A stretch of DNA of 64,000 nucleotides from Octopus sinensis (Eukaryota). The notes below the pieces were generated by a model. It ran no database searches and was not told the DNA's origin. It was given only the letters and a program-made list of their open reading frames with translations. The stretch's first letter is position 1. Every line of letters starts with the position of its first letter. A program made the translations under genes and the position numbers. Of the stretch, positions 1-11,400 are shown one piece after another. The stretch covers positions 204,228,001-204,292,000 of the forward strand of contig NC_042997.1 in assembly GCF_006345805.1 (NCBI RefSeq), written 5' to 3'.

Positions 1-1
1 A

Positions 2-1262
2 GCTCTAAAGCCCATTTGGGCCCAAAAGAGCTACGTAACCAAAGGGAAGCGTTTCGGAACCGTGGAGGTTCGTTTTCGATCGGAGGAGGAAGCAAGGGCG
101 CACGCCATTTCGCCCTTGCAAACAGAACAATTATTACTCATTCCAACCCACCTCGGGAGAAGAGTGACAAAAATAAAAATTGACCTCGTCCCGCCTGAAC
201 TCGATATGTCATGGCTGGTGGCAGCTGTCCTCTATGACATAGAGGACACTGCCACTATTCTGGATGTCAGGAGAGCGAGGGAGAAAAACTGGTTGGGGAT
301 GGGAGTGCTGCTTCTTGCTCAGATTCAGCAAGAAAATATCAGCAAGGTCCCAGATTTCGTCAGTTTGCCGGACGGCACCAGGCTAAACGTTGCTGTAGAG
401 GGGCGAAAGCCAAAATGTTTCCTCTGCAGCAGCGAAAGCCACTTAAAGAGGGACTGCCCCATTCAAAAAAAGAGAATGGAGGCATACAGCAAGAGGCAGC
501 AACAACAACAACAGAAACAGCACGAAACACCAAAGGCTGCAACACCACCAACACCATCACCAGCACCAAGACGAACAACACCACCTCCAACAACAACAAC
601 CGCCACCAAACCAACACCAACACCAGTACCTAGAAGGTCGACAGCAGCAACATCAACAGCAACAGGAGCAGCGGCACCACCGATACCGGCGGAACCAACA
701 ACTTTTCGTCCTGCTGCTGAAGCAGACCCCTCATCTATTCTTTGCCGGATGAAGAGTACTCGGATTGTGCGAGCTCTGATTCCAACAAAGGAGAATGGAA
801 CACGGTGCCTCCAAAAAAGAAAAGGAGGAGAAAACAAAAAGACACACAGTGGAAGCACGAACAAATAGTGCTTCCCAACATCAACAACAACAACAACAAC
901 ACACACTCAACAAAAAACAACAACAACACTTTCGACACCACTACTGCCACTGCCACACATACACACACACACACACACACACAGACACAATTACATCAAT
1001 AAACACAAAGAACCAAAAACTAGTGGAGTACTTAAAAGACAAAACAAGTACAAATATAACCGATTTCATCATACCAACAAAAAACACACCACCAGCACAC
1101 ATTCTCACAATAAAAATAAATGCAAAAACATATGATGAAATCAAACAAAATTTCCCTAACGATGTGGGATCGCTAGGGAAAAGTTTCTCGAAGAAACTTT
1201 ATAAAAATATTGTGGAAGCACCCGTGCAAAAGCACAAGGGAGCCACCCCCACCACTAAGTAA
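2..1262 (+). pseudogene. Tx1-like ORF1 (gag-like nucleic-acid-binding protein), frameshifted
   Basis: Frame open from base 2; VEGRKPKCFLCSSESHLKRDC zinc knuckle; Q/P/T-rich linker. It apparently continues through the 742-1002 and 795-1262 frames, with the second shift at or near the (CA)n tract at about 955-985. Confidence 0.7.
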
Positions 1263-1307
1263 GTAGAGCCTTTTTTTTTCTCCTTTTTTCCCCCTTACTT
1301 TTGAAAC

Positions 1308-4300
1308 ATGGCAAATCTTAGAATCGGTTGCTTGAATGTGAGAGGCCTCGGGTCACCTTGGAAACAGGGTCACCTGTTAAACGACCTGAGGTTTCATGAT
1401 GTGGATGTAGCAGCCATCAGTGAAACCAGGCTGTCCGACCCGCAGGAACTCGCAGCCCTTTTCGGCGGATACGAGATATTTCTATCTCCGTGTCGGCCGG
1501 GAGCGGGCGGTGGTGGTACTGCGGTGTTGTTTCGGAAGGGCCTGGACTTGAAAATAAGGACAGTCTTCTTGGATCCGGAAGGTAAGTTGGTGGTCCTCGA
1601 CGCGGACGGTAGTGACGGCGGTGCTTTCAGACTGCTGGCTGCCTACGCTCCGACAGGAGCAGGGCAGTCGGATTATTTCAAACGTCTGGAAGTTTTCCTG
1701 GGAACGTCACGCACTCTAGTGCTAGTTGGGGATTGGAACGCTGTCTTAGACGAACGTTTCGATCGGGTGGGTAGGGGAGCGTCTGATAGGAGAGGGGGAG
1801 GGTGCAAGAGCCTCGCCAACCTACTCGGCCGCTTTCAGCTGTCCGACAGGTTTCGACTAGACAACCCGAATGTGCCAATGTGGACTTGGACCAATCGCAT
1901 CGGGTCGTCTAGATCGTACTTAGATAGAATGTTTTGTAGGCCAGCGGATAAGGACAGCGTAGGGTGTCCACAATTCCACCTAGTCGACTATACGGACCAC
2001 AAATTAGTGATCTGTACGGTCGACTTAGATAGGCTACATAGACAGGGACCCGGCTACTGGAAGCTGAACGCGTCGTTAACGGCGTGCAAAGCTTACAGAG
2101 ACCGGATTAGTTTACTAGTTAAGCGGGCGCTCACGGGGGCAATCATCAACAACAACTGGTGGTTTGCCCTCAAGAGAGCAATTAGAGTAGAGTCGATTAG
2201 GTATAGTAAGACTCTAGCTATTGAACGTAGGAAGAGAGAGCGGGATTTAGTTAAGAAACTAGACGAGGCTCTTGACACTGGCATCGCGACCGACGTGTTG
2301 GCGGCAAAGTTGGCCCTCGACCAACACTTCGACGCCAAACACGAAGGCTGCGTTGTCAGAGCTAAGGCACGTTCGCTAAGCGGGGAGGGGACTAGAGCCG
2401 CTCGATGGGCGCGCGTGGCGGAGGCGAAGCGAGGCAACAAAGCAACCATTCGGTCTTTGGTGGACCAGAACGGGTGCGAGGTTACCGAACCGAAGCAGAT
2501 GTGTACGGTGCTTCAGCGGCACTTTGCTCAACTGTTTGGGACGAGCGGTGGAACGGACAACGGTGCAGACTTCGGTGTGTACCTGGACGGCCTACCGCAA
2601 CTCTTGGACAGCGAGGCAGAGTGCTGCGAAGGACCGATATCTGCCTGGGAAGTGGAGGAAGCAATGAAGAGTTGCACGAGAGGTAGATCGCCGGGTTTGG
2701 ATGGTCTGCCCTACGAGCTTTACGTTTCAATGACAGACTTGTTTGCGGGCCTGTTGGCAAACGTCTACTGCAACTGGCAGCAAAACGGGAGAATTCCTGC
2801 TTTTGTCTGTCGAGGGGTGGTGGCTTTGCTGAAGAAGGACCCAAACAAGGGGGACGTTATAGGGAATTTTCGGCCCATCACTCTGCTCAATGCAGAGTTG
2901 AAGATTTTGGCCAAGGTGCTAGCCAAGAGATTGGCGCTTGTCGTGGACAAGCTGGTCGGCAAGACGCAGACATGCGCCGTGCCGACCAGGTCGATACACG
3001 ACAACCTCCATCTCATGTGCTACATCATAGAGAGGGTGGGTAACGACGCTGGCGCGGGTGGGGCTTTGATCAACTTAGATCAGAATAAAACCTTCGATAG
3101 GGTCGACCATCGGTACCTGGCGGCTGTTCTCAAGGCAGCCGGCTTCGGTCCAGTCTTCCGCGGGTGGATCGCTGCTTTATACAGCAACATCTGCTCGGTG
3201 ATACGGGTGAACGGTCACCTTTCGGAACCGTTCGACATCTCGCGTTCGGTCCGCCAAGGATGCCCTCTCTCCTCCCTCTTGTACATTTTGACTCTCGAGC
3301 CATTACTGCGCAAGTTGGAGGCTTTGAGGGGTATCCCGCGCGATCTAGGAGGCGGAAACAGCGTGTCTGCCTATGCCGACGACGTCACCGTGATGATGTC
3401 GAGCCACAGGCACATTGGCCTGATTGGCGAGACACTAAACGAGTACGAAGCGGTGACAGGGGCAAAGATTAACGCGGAAAAGTCTGTGGGCTTGCAACAG
3501 GGCACCTGGAGAGGCAAGCCCATGCCGTCCAACAGCGTCGTAGGGCGCTGGACAGACGGACCCGTTAAACTGCTCGGGGTCTAGTTCGGTCCGGACCTCC
3601 AGGTGGATAAAAACTGGGAAGAGGTGACGAGCAGGGTGGCACGTCTCACCCAGAAATGGGCCGAGAGCAAGCTGTCCCTGAAAGGTCGAGCGGAGGTGGC
3701 GAATGCGTACATCGCATCCGTCATCTATTACCGCTTGACCGTCGTCCCTTGTCCCGACCGCTGGTTGGCCAAGTTGGTACGCCTGCTCTTCGACTTTTTG
3801 TGGAAGGGTCAGGTGCCACTGGTCAGGCGATCCATCTACTGTCAACGACCGCTGAACGGAGGCCTTGGAATGCCGTGGTTGCTGATGCGCAGACATGCGC
3901 TCAGGCTGCGACATGTCAAGCGTTTCCTAGACGGTGAACAGGTGTGGTCGTCTTTTGTCAGACGCGATTTTCCGCAGCTCGTCTCTTTGACGGAGCTGCA
4001 GACCTGGATCAAACGTAGACCGAGAAAGGGCGCTTGGCACCTCGAGTGCCGTCAAGCTCTCTCCGCCCTACGCCAGGCGGGCAATGCGATCGGTTACAGC
4101 TCCACTCTAGCGTTCTATAGAGGGTTAGTGGAGGAAAAATGCGACGACGTTCTCAGGGAAACTCTTGGCGTTGAAGATGACGAACTGAGCGGTCTGTTCG
4201 GAAGGACTTTCGGGCCGGGGCCGATGGATAATTTCCAGAGGTCGCTCGCTGGCAGTGCTACCGAGGGGCTCTGCCTGTTCGGGATAAACTCTACCGGCAC

Positions 4301-4738
4301 GGAAGTGCCGTCAGCAGGGCCTGCCCGAGGTGTTGCCAGGACGACGAAACCGTTCTGCACGCACTCGTCCAGTGCCCGAGTATTGCTGAAATATGAGTTT
4401 ATGTCGAACAGCTACTGTCACGTGTAGGACGGATCCGACTATCGGCCGAATCCATAGTGAAGATTTCCCCGCCGACCTCCTTTAACAAGGAGGGCGAGGC
4501 CGTTTTCTTGTGCATAGTGGATGTGGCGAAAGAAGTTGTATGGTGGACTCGTTTGAAAGGGCTAAAGTCAGACACTTTCCTCTTTGGTCAAGGCCTCATC
4601 AACTTTTTCAAGTTTCACTTGAAAAGGAAGATGAGGTTAGAGAGGAGAGTGCTGTCCGATAGCAAGTTTTCTGAAAGGTGGGTGAACTGTGCGAGACTGG
4701 CCAGTATAAATGGACCAGTTCTCAGGTTTCGCCTGTGA
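1308..4738 (+). pseudogene. Tx1-like ORF2 (APE endonuclease, reverse transcriptase, zinc finger) with three lesions
   Basis: LNVRGL...SET, GDWN, YLDR, TDH (endonuclease); FRPITLLN, LDQNKTFDRV, QGCPLS, YADD (RT). In-frame TAG at 3582-3584 where GVWFG is expected, a 1-nt deletion near 4249 (restored frame WQCYRGALPVRDKL...CPRC..DDETVLHALVQC) and a TGA just after; the frame then joins the 4457-4738 ORF. Confidence 0.9.
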
Positions 4739-5235
4739 TTCGAAAAGGTAATGTAAAAGGAGAAAAAAGGGACTCTCTACCCCACTTTTTTTGACCAGGC
4801 TTCCGTTGGCTTTTATGGGGTTTTTTCCACCAGGAACCTTTCGTAACGCCTCCCCATCTTGGGAGTTTTTCGTTGTTATATAATTATTGTTATACAGTTG
4901 TTTACACGGATTTTTTTTCAAAAACGGACAAAACCCTTTGTAACCTTTCGTCCTGTTTTGTCCCTTTATGTTTCCAATCATGTGTGTCAGCCCTTGTGGC
5001 CAATAAAAAGAATTAATTATTATTATTATTAAGTCTGAAATGATCCGAACTTTTGCTAGCAGACGAAATAAGACAAGCAGAGTTTTACTCTCCAAGCAAA
5101 CGAGAGTTACCTGCCCTTGTCTCCAGCTCTCGATCTGTTTGTATATTAATAACCTCCCTCTTCTTCCTTCACTCTAATTACACACAATTACTAATTAACA
5201 GTTACACTTAACGAAGTTCAGCCTTTGTAGCAACA

Positions 5236-5463
5236 ATGACGCCTTCTCCTACGAGCCAAGGCATCCTGGATAGCATCCAAAATGTTACTCCCGACATGGA
5301 AATAGCCTATGCTGGATTCGATACATCGGATGAAGAATTAATAGACCAACTTGTGCCGGACTTCCAGCCGGGAGGACCTCTTGCGCCATACAGACAAAAG
5401 GCTTCATTCAACTGGAAAAAGATGATGTTTTTCTTAGATGGAAAGTCTGTTATCAAATTTAAG
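5236..5463 (+). CDS. ACOX3: ACOX3 coding exon 1 (MTPSPTSQ...SVIKFK)
   Basis: caacaATG start; [23 protein letters not shown] motif; donor AAG/GTAGTT at 5464; 228 nt, phase 0. Confidence 0.88.
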
Positions 5464-8400
5464 GTAGTTTTCTACTTTTCTCTTTCCCCCACCCTCCTGG
5501 AAATTCATGAATAAGCACCGGGACCACACACACTCGCGATATTCTTTCACAATAACTAACATAATACGGGGTTTGTTTTCCGCAAGAATTATTTATATAC
5601 ACCTAATACGTCTTATTGTTTAATTGTTACGGCAAGGCTTATTAAATGTTTTTTATAATTTTATCCAGTTCGGCATTCTGCGTCTGCTTAATACAATAAT
5701 AACATTTACTTTTTACGCCGTTATCTTTATTACGAGCTGTAAAGTCTCTTTAACTCTTTACAGAAATTAAAGAGGTGATAGTTAACAGTTTAGTTGATGG
5801 GGTTTTTCTTTTTAACACTCATAATATTTATTAAGGGAGTGGAGAGATTCATCACTTCTTTTTTGCCAAAATCCATTTATTCGGGATCGACAAAGTGAAG
5901 TACCTGTCAGAAAACGGAGACGTGGGGATTAATGGTGAAGTACCCGATTTAGATTACTTAATGATTACGTATATAACACGTATGTCGGTAGGTTCCGTTG
6001 ACCCTGGGCCGTGCGACCATAGGAGGCACTTAATGTTGAGTTGACATTCTTCCGTTCTTTTTTTGCTAATGTTTGTGTCTTTAGTTTTGGATTTGGATTT
6101 TGGCAAACTAAGGTTAGGGTTAAAAAATTAGGGTTAGGATTAGGTTTAGGGTTAAAAAGTCGTTGTAGGATCGACTAGCTAGTGCGGATGCGCGAGTGCG
6201 CGCACCGGGACCACTGTTCGCTAGTAGTACCGGGGACAAGCACAGACACACAAACATTTACATATATGTACATATACTACGGGCTTCTTCCAGTCTCCGT
6301 CTACCAAATCCATTCACAAGACTTTGGTCAGTCCGAGGCTATAGTAATAGACACTTGCCCAAGGTGCCATGCAGCGGGACTGAACCCGGAACCATGTGGT
6401 TGGGAAACTCCCATTTTCTTCTCATTGTTTACGTATTTCATGTAATTTGCACCGTTGGTGACGTCCTGTACCCCTGTATGCATGTGTGGGTGTGTATATA
6501 TATGCATGTATGTATACATATAGATGTAGGTATGTACATACATGTATGTATATATGCATAATACTAACCGTTACATTGGGGACCCACAGGTATATTATAT
6601 ATATATATAATATAAATAATATATAATCAATATAATCTATATATTATTTATATTATAGAGATATATATATAATATACCTGTGGGTGCCCAATGTAACGGT
6701 TGGTATTCTGTGTTGAAGGTGGCGGTTGGTATTATGTAACGGTTGGTGTTATGTGTGAAAGCGGCAAGCTGGCAGAAACGTTAGCATGCCGAGCGAAATG
6801 CTTAGCTGTATTTCGTCTACCACTACGTTCTGAGTTCAAATTCCGCCGAGGTTGACTTTTCCTTTCATCCTTTCGGAGTCGATTAAATAAGTACCAGTTA
6901 CACACTGGCGTCAATATAATCAACTTAATCCGTTTGTCCTTGTTTGTCCTCTCTGTGTTTAGCCCCTTGTGGGTAGTAAAGAAATAGGTAATGATATTCG
7001 TTGCAGTCAAGGGTCGTCAATGTAACGGTATGGTTAAGGTGGAATCAGTATTCACCAGTGTAACGGTTGTTGCTGTTGCAGATGTGCAAGATGAAAGAGG
7101 AACAGTGATCGAAGTTGTAAAGAAATGGTTATTTACCGTTACTTAAGATAATGCCATGCCTCGACGGGCAGGTGTGATATAATTGAAAGATCTTGCGAGG
7201 TTAAGAAAGTTGATTTCGGCCTATATATGTGTACACGGTCTCATTGTAGTAGGAAATCACAGATAGTGAGAGGAAAAAAAACTGAGCGAGTGCCACTACA
7301 TATGCATACACACACACACACATATATATACAGGCACAGGAGTGGCTGTGTGGTAAGAAGCTTGCTTCCCAACCACATAGTTCTAGGTTCAGTCCCACTG
7401 CGTGGCACTTTGGGCAAGTGTCTTCTGCTATAGCCTCAGGTTGAGCAAAGCCTTGTGAGTGGATTTGGTAGATGGAAACTGAAAGAAGCCTGTCGTATAT
7501 ATATATATATATACATACGTATGTGTGTGTATATGTTTGTGTGTGTTTGTCCCCCCAATATCGCTTGACCAAACCAGACCCCGAGCAACTTGACCGAACC
7601 GTTAGTCCAGCGTCCCACAACGGAGGTGCCGGTGGACAACATGGGCTTGCTTCTCCACGTGCTGAGCCGCAAGTCCACGGACTTTTCCCGGTTGATTTTC
7701 GCTCCTGTTACCGCTTTATAGTCTTTCAGTTCTCGCTGACCAGCTCAATGTGCTTCTGGCTAGACACTATGATGGTGACGTCATCTGCGTATGCAGACAT
7801 GCTCGTCCTGCAGGATGCTCCTCAGCATCGCCAACTTCCACAGTAGTGGCTCGAAAGTCAATATGTATAGAAGCGATGTGAGGGGGCAGCCCTGACAGAC
7901 CGAATGTGCAATGTCAAAATGTCTTGATAGCTGTCCAATCATGTGAAGTACCGAACAGAAGCCTCTGTACAAGGCAGCTATCCAGCTGTGGAAAATGGGA
8001 CCAAAACCAGCTGCTATGAGGACAGCCTCTAAATATCGATGGTCTACCCTATCAAAAGCTTTGGATTTTTCTGGGCCCCACCCATGCCAGGTTACTTAAC
8101 TACCCTGTCTATGATGTAGCACATCAGATGGAGGTTGTCATGGATGCTCTGGCCCAGCACGGCACATGTTTGCACCTTGCTGACCAGTTTCTCGATGGCA
8201 AGCACCAACCTCTTGGCTAACACCTTGGCCAAAATTTTCAAATCTGCATTGAGCAGGGTGATAGGCCTCAAGTTATCTATTACGTCCTTCTTGTTTGGGT
8301 CTTTCTTCAGCAGTGTTTTGACTCCTCTGCTCACAAAACCAGGGATGCTCCTGTTTTGCTGCCAAGATGTCTCCAAACAAGTCTGGTATACAACTGTAAA

Positions 8401-11400
8401 GCTTCTAAGGCAGACCCTCCAAACCTGGTGATTTGTCCCTTGAGCATTTTGCCATCGCGGTCCTGCATTTCCACTGCCGTGATGGGATCTTCACAGCACC
8501 TTGCCTCTCTTGTCGAGAGTTGTGGATGGCTGTGCAGGTAGGCACTGACGTCCACCCTGCTTTCTCGCTCACCACTTGTCCCGAACAGTTGGTCAAAATG
8601 CTGTTGAAAGGCTTCACGCATTTTACTTGGCTTGAGTAATTCACACCCCTGTTCATCTACCAGAGACTGAATGGTGGCTTTGTTGCCCTATAACGTCTTA
8701 GTGGACAAGACTGTAGTGCCTACTACATAGGTTGTGAGATATCTGAAGAAATTTGGGCTGATTGCAAAGCCACTGGAGCCAATGGCTGGAGGAGCTGCAC
8801 TGAGGTATAAACTTCAGAGAGACAGAACAGGCATTTTGGTGTTTCGTAGGGGGAATGAGATCCCGGAGAACACTTCTCGATGTGTGGGGAATTAGTAGGT
8901 CACTACTCGATTGCAGGGTGGCTGCATACAGCATGCACTTACACATAGAGACGAGAAGAAGGGAAGAACTGGGGTGACAAGGTGGGAGAGGATATGGTGG
9001 CGACAATGTGCGAAATCTTAGAAGGGACAAGAGTGGAAAACCCAGTCAGAGGGAACTGGCAAGTGCCCAAATTGGATAGTAGGTCTGAAGGGAGTGAGGG
9101 AGTGAATTTGACCTTGAAATGGGGGCTGTGCTCGATTGAAATCCAGATGGATTCGGCCACCATACTTGGCTGGGTAGGATTGACAAGAAGAGGATGTGAA
9201 CCAAAGAGGTTGCAGAAATGTTAGTGAAGTGTTCTAGGAGAGCTGATTGGTGAGTTCAGCCTGAAGCTGAATGTGGTCTCTGTGCCTTCAGAGGGAAACC
9301 AGGCAGACGTTCTAACCAGGGTGAAAAAGGCCTGGTTAGGGTAGCTGGAGGAATTGAAGCAAGGGGTAGCTGCAGTGTGTCGGTTAAATGACTCCAAGCT
9401 AAGGAGACTGCATGCCATGCATCATATGGGCATGGATATGACCCTAGGATTGATGCTGACATTACCAGACGGAGCATCCAAAAGGTGGTCAGGAACTGTG
9501 ACAGGTGTCAATCCATTGACCCTGCTCCAGGTGTGCATGAGCAGCAAAACATTTTGGTAGGGGACAACTGGAGATGACTGGCAGGGGATGTATCTCTGGA
9601 TGGTTGACTGTGGGCTAGGTTGGATGGCCATTTGGAAGGAATTGAGGGATGGCACGTATTCTAAATGAGGTATTCTTTAAGTGGGGCCCTGTGGATGAAT
9701 TGCTGATGGGCAACAGCACAGCATTTCCTTTGGAGATACTGAAGGAGATGCTTGGCAGGTGGAAAGGGCAGCATACAGGCCGAGTGGAAATGGGAGACAT
9801 CGTCGAACGATGAAGGCCATGGCAGAAAGGGGACATGTCTCGCTGCTGGAAATAGTTTTCTGGTACATGTTGCCCTGGTCAGGACTGGCCACAGACAGCA
9901 ATAGTGAAATATGAATGGTGGCATTCGAGTAAACCATCAAGATACCCTGTAGAAGAGAGAGGGCTTGTCTTTGTGGAGGTGGGAAATGAGGTGTGGGTCA
10001 AGCCACAAAAGGCATGCTGCACAACTGAGTGGAAGGAGTAGTGAGGGCTGTCAATTCCAAAAAGGAACATTGCTGTTGATCAAATGCTGCATCATATCTT
10101 AGAGGTTTGTAGGATTGCCGCTTCGTTGCATGATGATTGTGGAGAGGAGGAAGAGAACGAGGTTCCCAACTTAAGAAGATCACAACGAGTGGGTGGTAGA
10201 TTTTGACATGGAGTGAAATGAGGGGGTGATCTTTGAGATCAGGGGGACGTGTGGCGATGAGCCAGAAGAAGAGGGTCAGGATATCAGTGGTCAAGGGACT
10301 GTCTGGAAAAGAAAGTGCAAGAGGGGAAGTGGGGGGGGGGATAGAGGCAAGGGTTGGCTTCTTTCTTGCCCGCCAGAGGAATTGTGAACGGGAATTTGCT
10401 CCCAGGTTGGTCCCAGCTGCTTACACTGGGTGACAAGGGTAGGGCAGGATCACCGGAGACATTACTACTAGACACGTGAAGATGAGAGCCTCTTTTCATT
10501 TCCTATGCTCAATAATTAGATATGTTTAATTCTGGGGAAAGAGTATGTCAATTCGAGTGTGTTTATATATATCATCATCATCATCATCGTTTAACGTTCG
10601 TTCTCCATGCTGGCATGGGTTGGACAGTTCGACCGGGGTCTGGGAAGCCAGGAGGCTGCACGAGGCTCCAGTCTGATCTGGTAGTGTTTCTACAGCTGGA
10701 TGCCCTTCCTAGTGCCAACCACTCCATGAGTGTAGTGGGTGCTTTTTACGTGCCACCGGCACAGGTGCCAGGGGTGGCGGGCAACAGCCATGATCGGTTG
10801 GTGGTTTTTATGTACCACCTACACAGAAGCCAGTCAATTTACGCTGCAATCGGCCACGTATTGATGGGCCTAGCACAAAAAAAAATTAGTCAATAGGCCA
10901 AATATTATTCACATAAAAATATTGTGTACATTAAAACACATTAAGGAAAGCCTCTTAATAGGAAAGCTCTCTTTTTCATGTATATATATATATCCATATA
11001 TATAAAACTCAACTTGTGTGTCTGTGTGTGTATCTGTGTGTGTGTCTGTGTGTTTAACTTCCCGGCACATCTCCTCCTAGCCAACAAATCGTAGAACCAC
11101 CAAAAATGGGTCACTTAAAGTTTAGGCAAATGGAAATTGAACTGCGCTATTTCTGTTCCAAAATTCATCTCACAAGTGATAATGTGTTTGTTTAGGCCTT
11201 ATCGCATGCATTGAATAGTGAACTTTACTCAGTTAGCTGATTAACGTGAACTGTGTTCACCATGCATGCAAGAGTGCGTAAATTGCATGAAAAATAAAAA
11301 ATCAAGATATAAAAATGAATCGCCGTAAACATTGTAGAAATTCAGCAAAGAAATGAATTTTCGGGATGTAACCTGGAGGGCATTCCCTATATTTAGTTAA

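Larger units (their letters stand above)
1..5031 (+). mobile_element. Near-full-length Tx1/L1-clade non-LTR retrotransposon (5' end outside the window)
   Basis: ORF1 with a CCHC knuckle, then ORF2 (APE endonuclease, RT, C-terminal zinc finger), a 3' UTR, AATAAA near 5003 and an (ATT)n tail near 5015-5031. The 3' boundary is inferred. Confidence 0.88.

Noticed and set aside
5464-5514. ORF-track extensions of exons into introns (e.g. VVFYFSLS..., VSRNINKK..., VRLITLCF...)
   Set aside because: They lie past canonical GT donors, and homology to ACOX3 stops exactly at the donor.
6109-6154. True interstitial telomere or chromosome fusion site
   Set aside because: Only three exact TTAGGG units in 46 bp, with no inverted array; too short to support.
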